Source of the DNA: an uncultured archaeon
GTDB lineage: Archaea > Asgardarchaeota > Lokiarchaeia > Sigyniarchaeales > Promethearchaeaceae
NCBI GenBank assembly: GCA_964426185.1
Contig: CAYRPF010000074.1
Span: forward strand, 1-15,678
Reading direction: 5' to 3'
DNA: 15,678 nucleotides
Numbering within the stretch: the first letter of the stretch is position 1; the number at the start of each line of letters is the position of its first letter. Under the pieces are notes generated by a model. It saw only the letters and a program-made list of their open reading frames with translations. It had not been told where the DNA came from and searched no databases. This document shows positions 1 to 7,969 of this stretch, piece by piece. The translations under genes and the position numbers were made by a program.

Positions 1-1
1 A

Positions 2-31
2 GAAGCATTCTTCATTCGCAAAACGCTCTAA
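2..31 (+). CDS. Possible 3' end of a gene entering from the left edge (…EAFFIRKTL*)
   Basis: Short open frame ending in TAA at 29-31, followed by a T-rich tract. Too short to identify. Confidence 0.25.
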   Translation, partial: EAFFIRKTL

Positions 32-169
32 TTTCAGTTATTTTTTTGAAATATTTGCAATACTACTAAGCACTAAATTGTCGACAATTGTTTGATATTA
101 CAATGTAATAGTTGAATGGGTTTAATTATGGAAAGCAATCATGCCTACATTTCAGTAAAATGGTATTTT

Positions 170-190
170 GGAAGAAAAAAGGAAAAAATT
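170..190 (-). terminator. Archaeal oligo-T terminator of the 760-aa gene
   Basis: Minus strand reads AATTTTTTCCTTTTTTCTTCC just after the stop at 199. Confidence 0.55.
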
Positions 191-198
191 GAATAATT

Positions 199-2481
199 TT
201 AAAGAGATAGTTGCGCTTCACTCGCTTTATAATCGTCCCCGGTTCCGGTGATTTTATAGGTAATTTCTATTGTATCTCCGGCGGGAATCTCTTCAATCAT
301 CCAGATCAGTATATCTTTGCCTTCAAGACTTTTGATTTCACTGGGTTCTTCGCTGTAATCGCCGTATTCGAAGTTATCAGGGACCAGGTCACGTAATTCC
401 ACGTTTGATAAGGTCGTTTCACCAGTATTTGACAACCGTAATACAATTTCATATTCTCCTTCATTGGTAGAAGCCGCAACACGCTTGCCTTTGCGAATCT
501 TTTTACGTTCGTGTACGACCGGTATGGTAATACTTTCAGGTATAATCTCAATTGGTGCACCTGCGGGGTATGTATTTCCTAAATACTTAACATCAGATAC
601 ATATTCCGTATTTTTAGCGGGCTTATCCGCAGTGATGCTATATTTGATTTTAAAGATCATACCAGAAATGAACATTCCAATTGCGCTATCTCGTAATTCG
701 GTCAGTGAAATTTTGAGAAGATGTTCGGAATCTGATGAGTTATCTGATGGTTCCATTTTAATGAAAGACTCATCTACAGTAATAGGTTCACCTAGTTCTT
801 TCCAATCAATTTCTTCGTCTTCATCAAATCCTTCGTGGTTGTAATCGCTGGGCGGGCGTTCAATATAAATTTCGATTTCATCTGCTTTCGGAGGAATATA
901 TCCAGCAGGAATGCGATCTTCAACAATTAATTCATTTAGATCAGCACCCCCTGTATTTTTCACTTGATGTAAAACATCGAACGAACTTCGTGTGAAAGAT
1001 GGAAGAGAAGTCTTGGAATAACGCAACAAACCCGCCATCATGGCAACAGCCAATTCAATATCATCAATTGTGATGGAACCCATAGTAGAAACTTTTCGAT
1101 CTCCAATCAAAAAGAATTCCACTGTTTTATAGAATTTGGGTTCTTCTCCATTTTCGGTAGAAGTTTCCCATACTACTGATTCCCAACGGGCACCTGAAGC
1201 AATAGGAGGAATCTCATTTGGATCAATATCCAAGACTTTTTCTTCAGTAACTGCATTCACAATATCTAAATTCACCAATTGCATTTGAAAATCGGATTCA
1301 TTTTCGAATATGACGCGACAATCATAGGTATCTGGATCCTCTTCTTTTTGGAAAATTTCCATACCCACAAAATTATCACTATAAGCATCGAATTTGTCGA
1401 TTTGAGTTCCAGTTAATGCCTTATTGGCAAAGTACTTCACAAAAACTTTCCCAGTGTTTACTTTTTCTTCAGCAGAATTAACCTCTATAGACATGTTAAC
1501 TTTAAGAGTGACTTCAGCACCTGCATCAACAGATTCGATGGTCCATACGATTAAATTTTCTATATCAATTTCTGCTCGTCCGAGATCAGTACTAACTACG
1601 TCAACATTAGTGAAACCATCGGGAATTTCTTTTTTAATTTCAATATTGACTAATTCATGATCAGTGGTATTTTTTGCCACAATTTTGAATAAAATGCGAT
1701 TTTCATTTCCAGGAACCAGTGAATATGTTTTAACTGATTCATCATTCAAGGTCGAAATAAATTCCGTGATTTTCAAGGAAGGTTCTTCGAATGCATCAAT
1801 TTCGTATTCGATTTCTCGTTCGGTGTCTGGATCTAAGTTTCTGATGGAAATTTGATCATCCAGTGAAGCGGATTTATCCTTTTTGAAGGAAATATCGATA
1901 TCCCAAATTTTATTGGTGTTAGAAGGATTTCTGATTTTAAAAACACCACTGGTTTTCCTATCTTTCTCGATATCTGTTTCTCTGTTAAATTCAAAGTGGG
2001 TTTCTACCTTTTCAATTATTTCTAAAGGAACCAATTCTCCCTCTGCACCTTTGGGACCTAATATTATTTCTCCTTCTCTTTTTCCGGTCGTACTATCAGA
2101 AGTATATATCTTCCCTGTACTTGGATCTTTTTGATATTCTATCGTTCGTTGTCCACCTTGAGATTTCACCTTTTGAGCTTCAGCTTGCTCATATTGCTCA
2201 TTAGAATCAAATCCCATTCGAGTTTTCTCCGCTATTTGAGGGGCACTTGATTCAACTTCATCAAAGAACGTTTTTAAGATATTATAATCTTTTTTACCGA
2301 TTTTAACATCTTTGCCATTCTTTTTAATTGCACTTTCAATCGTGCTTTTTGGTAAATTACTCGGAGAGAGGTTTCCAAAAATCGCAAAAAACTGATCCGA
2401 GGTAACAGAAAAGTCACAAGAAAGAGTTTTTTTATCTAAAACAACCTTCCCCACATTTTTGATGTTGTATTTTTCAACCAT
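199..2481 (-). CDS. 760-aa cytosolic multi-beta-sandwich protein: candidate adaptin mu/delta-COP mu-homology domain (aa ~150-473, with an insert) plus two C-terminal DUF11-like Ig domains
   Basis: Long ORF with no signal peptide or TM helix. It has repeated N-T-(G/T)-x3-L-x4-6-D/E-x-(I/V)-P patterns (aa ~270, ~509, ~685), a W-x-I strand in the first and third repeats, and mu-like motifs in mu order (see findings). The CDS is secure; the product call is inference. Confidence 0.85.
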   Translation of the reverse strand: MVEKYNIKNVGKVVLDKKTLSCDFSVTSDQFFAIFGNLSPSNLPKSTIESAIKKNGKDVKIGKKDYNILKTFFDEVESSAPQIAEKTRMGFDSNEQYEQAEAQKVKSQGGQRTIEYQKDPSTGKIYTSDSTTGKREGEIILGPKGAEGELVPLEIIEKVETHFEFNRETDIEKDRKTSGVFKIRNPSNTNKIWDIDISFKKDKSASLDDQISIRNLDPDTEREIEYEIDAFEEPSLKITEFISTLNDESVKTYSLVPGNENRILFKIVAKNTTDHELVNIEIKKEIPDGFTNVDVVSTDLGRAEIDIENLIVWTIESVDAGAEVTLKVNMSIEVNSAEEKVNTGKVFVKYFANKALTGTQIDKFDAYSDNFVGMEIFQKEEDPDTYDCRVIFENESDFQMQLVNLDIVNAVTEEKVLDIDPNEIPPIASGARWESVVWETSTENGEEPKFYKTVEFFLIGDRKVSTMGSITIDDIELAVAMMAGLLRYSKTSLPSFTRSSFDVLHQVKNTGGADLNELIVEDRIPAGYIPPKADEIEIYIERPPSDYNHEGFDEDEEIDWKELGEPITVDESFIKMEPSDNSSDSEHLLKISLTELRDSAIGMFISGMIFKIKYSITADKPAKNTEYVSDVKYLGNTYPAGAPIEIIPESITIPVVHERKKIRKGKRVAASTNEGEYEIVLRLSNTGETTLSNVELRDLVPDNFEYGDYSEEPSEIKSLEGKDILIWMIEEIPAGDTIEITYKITGTGDDYKASEAQLSL

Positions 2482-2627
2482 ATTTATTCAACCGCATATA
2501 TCTTGTAGTAACTTAATTATGATTTATGTCGAAGTATTTAATAAGAATTTCCTTAACATTTCTATGTTTGATTTATGTCACAGCATTATAAATTCTAAGT
2601 TTTAGTGTATTTATTCAACAATTTAAT

Positions 2628-2667
2628 AAATTATATGTCGTTTTGGAAATTATATGTCGTTTTGGAA
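2628..2667 (+). repeat. Perfect 19-bp tandem duplication (AAATTATATGTCGTTTTGG x2, plus AA) spanning the LysE-family start codon
   Basis: Identical units at 2628-2646 and 2647-2665. Confidence 0.95.
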
Positions 2668-3352
2668 CCTTTTTCTAATCACATTTCTGTTGGGATTAGG
2701 AGGAGCAATTTCACCTGGAGCATTACTAACATATACTATTTATAGATCGATAAAGCAACCTAAACAATCCATAAAAACAGGTTTAAAAATCAGTTTTGGC
2801 CATGTAACAGTTGAGTTAGTGTTGATGATTTTTCTTCTAGCCGGAGTTCTAAATTGGGTGAAAAATCCCAAAGTAATAATTGTTATTGGCTTTGTAGGCG
2901 GAATTTTGTTAATATACTTCGGTACTACGATTCTATATCAAATCGCCCGTAAAAAAGTCGACACACAATTCCTAATTGCTAAAAGGGACAATATTACCCT
3001 TGAAGAAGACGATAAGAAAAAAAAATTTCCATATAATAAGAAATTGAACGCCTATTTTGCATCTATGGGGTTTTTGATGAGTAATCCATATTGGTGGCTG
3101 TGGTGGATCACCATTGGTACTTCTATTATGTTGGATAACGGTGTATTATGGGGGAATTGGAGCGCTTTTATCATTTTTGTAATTGCCAAAGAATTAGGTG
3201 CCATTATTTGGTATACTGGTGTATCAGTTGCGGTGGGTTTAGCTCGTAAAATTATGACGCATGGTATTTATTTGGCAATTCTCGCAATTTGTGGATTATT
3301 TATGTTAGTTTATGGAATATATTTGGGGATTTCCCCTCTTCTGTCCTTATGA
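2654..3352 (+). CDS. LysE-family translocator (amino-acid/metal efflux)
   Basis: N-terminal G-x3-A-x-S-P-G motif (GLGGAISPGALL), GH in TM2, SNPYWWLWW motif, about 6 hydrophobic segments. Confidence 0.85.
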   Translation: MSFWNLFLITFLLGLGGAISPGALLTYTIYRSIKQPKQSIKTGLKISFGHVTVELVLMIFLLAGVLNWVKNPKVIIVIGFVGGILLIYFGTTILYQIARKKVDTQFLIAKRDNITLEEDDKKKKFPYNKKLNAYFASMGFLMSNPYWWLWWITIGTSIMLDNGVLWGNWSAFIIFVIAKELGAIIWYTGVSVAVGLARKIMTHGIYLAILAICGLFMLVYGIYLGISPLLSL

Positions 3353-3449
3353 TCATTGAATTCATTCACACTCAATCAGATTACATAAAAAGAAAAAATT
3401 AAGTTCTTTTTCTGGCAGAAATTAGATTAAATCTATAATTTTTATTTTA

Positions 3450-3845
3450 ATGGAATTTACAAATATTTTGGTCTTATTATTCAACCCATCATTTAAATAT
3501 GCAAACGGGGTGGGAGTTTTTAAGTTATATGAGAAATCTAAAGAAACAGAAATATATGATTTTGTGGAATACTTGGTTAAATGGGTAGCTGGAACGAAAT
3601 TAATCTTTATCGCTTTAATGATCGTAATTTTAGCGTTTGGAAATGAAAAGATGATCTCCTTTATGGCTTTGGCCATGGCAATTTCAATTTTATCCTTCTA
3701 CTGGAAATTATATCTTCTAATAAGAAAAATAGTTCAAAATGAACAGATAGAAACGAAAAATTACTCAAAAACGTTAGCAATAATGATTGGAGCCATGATT
3801 ATAGCATTTTTGATTGGTTTTATTTTATATTTTATCCCAAAATGA
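3450..3845 (+). CDS. Hypothetical small membrane protein (3-4 TM)
   Basis: 131-aa ORF with several hydrophobic segments. No family recognised. The N-terminus may be truncated. Confidence 0.7.
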   Translation: MEFTNILVLLFNPSFKYANGVGVFKLYEKSKETEIYDFVEYLVKWVAGTKLIFIALMIVILAFGNEKMISFMALAMAISILSFYWKLYLLIRKIVQNEQIETKNYSKTLAIMIGAMIIAFLIGFILYFIPK

Positions 3846-3919
3846 ATAAAGCAAAAAAATTTAGTTTCATATTGAAAAATACAGCAAAAATTTTTTTATA
3901 GATTTGATACTTACATTCT

Positions 3920-4909
3920 ATGATAAAAATGAGCAGCAATGCTGTTATATGCGTTAACCATCTCACCAAAAAATTTGGGGATTTCACAGCAGTAAATGAT
4001 ATTTCTTTTGAAGTGGCACATGGTGAGATATTGGGAATGCTTGGACCTAATGGAGCAGGAAAAACAACCACAATTAGAATGATCACAGGCGTTTTCAAAG
4101 TAAATCAACCAAATTGTATTAAAGTTGAAGGTACAGATATCTTGGATTCCCCTGAATATAAGGCAAATTTTGGAATTGTTCCAGAAGTCAGTAATGCTTT
4201 TTTAGATTTTACCGTATGGCAGAATCTCAAATTCTCAGGATCTCTTTATGGTTTGAAAAAATCGGAGATTGAAAAACGTGGAAATTATTTACTTGGACTC
4301 TATGATCTGAAAGATAAAAAAAATTCAATAACAAAATCTCTCTCAAAAGGATTAAAACAACGCTTAAATTTCTGTATGGCACTTATTCACAATCCAAATA
4401 TTCTCATTTTTGATGAACCAACAACCGGTTTAGATCCAATTTCAGTTAAGATCTTAAGAGAACAAATTTTAAAACTTCAACAACAAGGCAAAACAATTTT
4501 TATAACAACCCATGATTTACGTGAAGCCGAAAAAGTCTGTGATAGAATTTTGGTACTTTACAAAGGTAATCTGATTGCTGATGAAACTCCTGAAAAATTA
4601 AGGCAAAAATTTAAATCAGAAACAATAATTTCCTTAGATTTTTACTCAAAACCAGATAAATGGGAATTAATTCTTGATGAATTGCGAAAAAAGTTCAAAA
4701 TTTTGCAAAAAAAATATCGGATTCAAATCATGAGTAATAATATTCTGGAAGATATGGCTCAATTAAATGAGATAATCCAAAATTATAAAATCATTCCCGA
4801 AAATATCAAAGTAATTGAACCTACTTTGGAGGATGCATTTATTGATCTGATTCAAAACCATCAAAGTGCCGAAATTACTAATTTGAAAAAAGAAATGAAG
4901 AATGTGTAA
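3920..4909 (+). CDS. ABC-2 type (DrrA/CcmA-like) exporter ATP-binding subunit
   Basis: Walker A GPNGAGKT, signature LSKGLKQR, Walker B IFDEPT, H-loop THD, C-terminal PTLEDAF motif. The start may be the ATG at 3929. Confidence 0.95.
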   Translation: MIKMSSNAVICVNHLTKKFGDFTAVNDISFEVAHGEILGMLGPNGAGKTTTIRMITGVFKVNQPNCIKVEGTDILDSPEYKANFGIVPEVSNAFLDFTVWQNLKFSGSLYGLKKSEIEKRGNYLLGLYDLKDKKNSITKSLSKGLKQRLNFCMALIHNPNILIFDEPTTGLDPISVKILREQILKLQQQGKTIFITTHDLREAEKVCDRILVLYKGNLIADETPEKLRQKFKSETIISLDFYSKPDKWELILDELRKKFKILQKKYRIQIMSNNILEDMAQLNEIIQNYKIIPENIKVIEPTLEDAFIDLIQNHQSAEITNLKKEMKNV

Positions 4910-4912
4910 AAA

Positions 4913-5719
4913 ATGACCAATAATAATAATAATAGAGATTTGAGAATACGAATTCGCCGCATCTTGGCACTAGTACGGAAAAATATTGCTCTTTACTTTA
5001 AAAAAGGGCCAGTAATTGTGTTTGGTTTACTGTTCCCGTTTTTCATTACACTTTCATGGATAATTGGAAGAAATCTATCAATACAGCAAGTATTTGTTGG
5101 AATTGTGGCTATGTCAACTTTTTTCAGTGCCACCGCTATCTCGCCTGTTGTAATTCCCATTGAAACTCGAGAAAAATCATTAGAACGTGAATTATCTTCC
5201 CCATTACATATCTCAGATATAATTTTAGGCATAATAATCGGTTCGAGCATTTACGCATTTTTCATGTCAATTTTAGTATTTATAGTATTTTTACCATTTC
5301 TTCCAGCAGGAACACTGACGTTTCTTGAAATTTGCGTAATTATTGCGGGAATACTTATGATATGCATATTAGGTTCTGTTATTGGTACGCTAGTATCCGC
5401 TTACCCAACAGATATGACTTCTAATGTAATGGTGATTATGAACTTAATCAAATTTCCATTACTTTTCATAAGTGGAATATTCTTTCCGATATCAAATATA
5501 AGCCCGATAAGCCGAATATTTGTCCATATTTCCCCCATAACGTACATAGTTGATATTTTATGGTATGCCACATCAGATCTTAATATATTTCCGATATGGA
5601 TGGATTTATGTTTGCTTTTAGTCTGGATTGTGGTTTTATATTTCATATCTCAAAAAATCCATGAAAAAACCATTCAAAAACGCATCTCTTTAGGAGGAAA
5701 ACGTCCTCATCGTAATTAA
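4913..5719 (+). CDS. ABC-2 type exporter permease
   Basis: About 6 TM segments, ETREKSLER loop, FISGIFFP and SPITY motifs. Lies 3 nt downstream of the ATPase gene. Confidence 0.92.
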   Translation: MTNNNNNRDLRIRIRRILALVRKNIALYFKKGPVIVFGLLFPFFITLSWIIGRNLSIQQVFVGIVAMSTFFSATAISPVVIPIETREKSLERELSSPLHISDIILGIIIGSSIYAFFMSILVFIVFLPFLPAGTLTFLEICVIIAGILMICILGSVIGTLVSAYPTDMTSNVMVIMNLIKFPLLFISGIFFPISNISPISRIFVHISPITYIVDILWYATSDLNIFPIWMDLCLLLVWIVVLYFISQKIHEKTIQKRISLGGKRPHRN

Positions 5720-5722
5720 ATT

Positions 5723-5751
5723 AAAGAAAAAAACATAAAAATCAAAAAAAA
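5723..5751 (-). terminator. Oligo-T terminator of pckG
   Basis: A-runs on + (T-runs on -) immediately downstream of the stop at 5760. Confidence 0.5.
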
Positions 5752-5759
5752 CACAGAAA

Positions 5760-7628
5760 TTATAATTCTGAAGGGGGAATAATATTTTTTCCTTTCTTTT
5801 CTTTCAGTAGAGTTAATTCAGAGCGAATTCTCTTTAATTCATTCCAAAATTCTTCTGGCATCTCAGGTTCATCTTTATATAATTTTTCCATCCGGTCGTA
5901 TTTGGCTAAATAGCGATCAATCCTTAATGAAAATTGAGCATTATATTCTTCCTCCGTGTAGATTCGTCCTTCAAAAACTGCGCTAAATAATTTTCGCAAA
6001 TCTTCATACTTAGGAATTACACCAATAGGAGTTTTAATTCCATCAAAATCTCCATGAACCCGACCTTCTGCCCAGAGTAGCCATACTTTTTTATCCAATT
6101 TAGTATTTAAATATTTTCCATCTTCTCCCTTTAAGAAGTAATTTGTAGAGAATACTTTCGGGCATTTCTTCAATTTTCGGCCGAATATAAGATGATTTTG
6201 GAAATATTTGCCTAATGGAACGATGATGAAGTCCATATTTGCCATTGGACTGGATTTTCGCACGCCTTCTTGTCCCAATGTAGCAGATGTGGTTTCGGAT
6301 TCAATAGTGGCTCCGATAAAAACTCCATGTTCCCAATTCAAACTTTCTGCAACAGGAACGGTAGTATCAGAATCTCTTCCTCCATAAAGAATACCAGATA
6401 CTGGAGCACCTTCAGGATCATGTAATTTCTCATCTACATTTTCTAGTTCATCAATACGTACGGTAAAGCGAGCATTAGGATGTGAAATAGGAACTTCTTT
6501 TCCTTTGGAATCTTTTATACCTTTTTCCCATTTACCATAATGATTCCAACCTTGAGTAGGATATTCTACATCTCCCATACCTTGCCAAAATACTTCTCCC
6601 TCATCGGTTGTTAATACATTTGAGAATATAACTTCTTTTGGAGTCGTAATTGCCCGATAGATGACGGGATCATCTTTTGGATTAACATCTTTGATAATTC
6701 CGAATATCCCTTGTTCAATATTCACCGCACGCATATCCCCATCTTTTCCTTCCCGGATATATACGATGTCATCACCAACTATTGTAGCTCCGGGAATCAT
6801 TGCCGTACTTGTTTTTCCGCAGGCAGAAGGATATGCTCCAGCAAAATAAGTTTTGCGACTACGATCCAAGGGGTAGAACGCTGAAAGAAACATGTGCTCA
6901 GTTAACCAATCTGAATGATTTGCCTTATAAATAGCCAAGCGTAGTGCTAATTTTTTACATGCAAGACTATTCCCTGCATATTGATTATTTACTGAAAAGA
7001 CCCGAAATTCGAGGGGATCAATGTAAATTCTTCGTTGATCGACATTTTTGGTGCAGTTTCTTCCATCCAATTCTCCAGCAGAATGCCAAAAATAGAAGAA
7101 ATCATCTTTATCTTCTAAAGACGTGCGGAAATGCTCATATCCTGGACGATAGAGAATATCCTCAGAATGACCTACATAAAAACTGTCGGTTATTTGCAAA
7201 GCAGCGATTGCAAAACGTGAATGAGTAGGGCCCAAGCAGAAAAAACGAACGGCCATTGTTTTATTCCGCATTGCTCCATCCATGAATGAAAATATTTCTT
7301 TTAATCCCTTTTCGCGTTCTACCACATTTAAACTTCTACTTAATGTTTGACCTTCGGGTAATAAAGTAGCGGTATGTTCTTTATCTCTGGCTTGATCGCG
7401 ATATCCGTCATAATGGATGGTGTGTCCTTCAGTTTTCAAGGGTTGTTCTTCATGGTATTCCAAAGCAAGATTACGAAAACGCTGAATTTCTTCGGGTGCA
7501 TCAGTGAAAACCATAACTTTAGCAGGTTTCATCAATTCTATCGCATCGAAAACAACTTTATTTACTTTAGGATTAGAAAGTGCTTCCAGTTTTGCTTGAT
7601 CTCCCGGGCTAATCTGATATTCATGCAT
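5760..7628 (-). CDS. pckG: Phosphoenolpyruvate carboxykinase (GTP)
   Basis: 622 aa. YAGNSLACKK, WLTEHM, P-loop AYPSACGKTSTAM, VGDDI, HPNARF and ILYGGR motifs typical of GTP-PEPCK. Confidence 0.97.
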   Translation of the reverse strand: MHEYQISPGDQAKLEALSNPKVNKVVFDAIELMKPAKVMVFTDAPEEIQRFRNLALEYHEEQPLKTEGHTIHYDGYRDQARDKEHTATLLPEGQTLSRSLNVVEREKGLKEIFSFMDGAMRNKTMAVRFFCLGPTHSRFAIAALQITDSFYVGHSEDILYRPGYEHFRTSLEDKDDFFYFWHSAGELDGRNCTKNVDQRRIYIDPLEFRVFSVNNQYAGNSLACKKLALRLAIYKANHSDWLTEHMFLSAFYPLDRSRKTYFAGAYPSACGKTSTAMIPGATIVGDDIVYIREGKDGDMRAVNIEQGIFGIIKDVNPKDDPVIYRAITTPKEVIFSNVLTTDEGEVFWQGMGDVEYPTQGWNHYGKWEKGIKDSKGKEVPISHPNARFTVRIDELENVDEKLHDPEGAPVSGILYGGRDSDTTVPVAESLNWEHGVFIGATIESETTSATLGQEGVRKSSPMANMDFIIVPLGKYFQNHLIFGRKLKKCPKVFSTNYFLKGEDGKYLNTKLDKKVWLLWAEGRVHGDFDGIKTPIGVIPKYEDLRKLFSAVFEGRIYTEEEYNAQFSLRIDRYLAKYDRMEKLYKDEPEMPEEFWNELKRIRSELTLLKEKKGKNIIPPSEL

Positions 7629-7888
7629 AGTTATTCATCCTTCACGCAAGAAATATGAATTAACAATTAGGTGAATGAAGGTTTGCGAACATTAAAAATG
7701 TTTTTCAAAATCACATATTTTATGCAAGTTTTTTCATCCAAAGAGCAATCGCTATTCTAAATTTCACCAAAATCATGGGAATTTCGTGGGCGTGATCAAG
7801 TTTTGGAAAATGTTGTTTAGTTAGAAACACTTTACTATAAAAATTTTTAAATAAGGTATTTTTTAGTAAATTAATAGAATTTCATATT

Positions 7889-7920
7889 TTTTGCATCTTT
7901 GGTGCAAAACAGTATATATT
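7889..7920 (+). promoter_or_regulatory. Palindrome TTTTGCA-N7-TGCAAAA immediately upstream of a TATA-like element (TATATATT) of the GTPase gene
   Basis: Inverted repeat at 7889-7895/7903-7909, TATATATT at 7913-7920, SD-like GGGAG at 7957-7961 before the GTG at 7970. Confidence 0.45.
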
Positions 7921-7969
7921 TCCTTCCATTTGACTAAATGAGATATAAAAATAATAGGGAGCCACTTTT

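Noticed and set aside
211-2134. Short ORFs overlapping the 760-aa gene (211-396, 306-560, 464-844, 1424-1660, 1664-1855, 1883-2134)
   Set aside because: Antisense or alternate-frame shadows of a long real gene, with Ser/Phe/Ile-rich composition and no motifs.
2467-2667. Repeats as a mini-CRISPR array or transposon end/target-site duplication
   Set aside because: The units are too short, have no regular spacers, and there is no cas or transposase gene in the window.
3422-7658. Short ORFs antisense to the membrane protein, ABC genes and pckG
   Set aside because: They overlap well-supported genes and have no recognisable features.
7633-7687. Complementary blocks in the pckG leader (CCTTCA/TGAAGG, TTCAC/GTGAA, CGCAA/TTGCG) as a riboswitch or SD-sequestering switch
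   Set aside because: The stems are only 5-6 bp, are not nested, and match no aptamer I recognise. They may extend beyond the transcript start.
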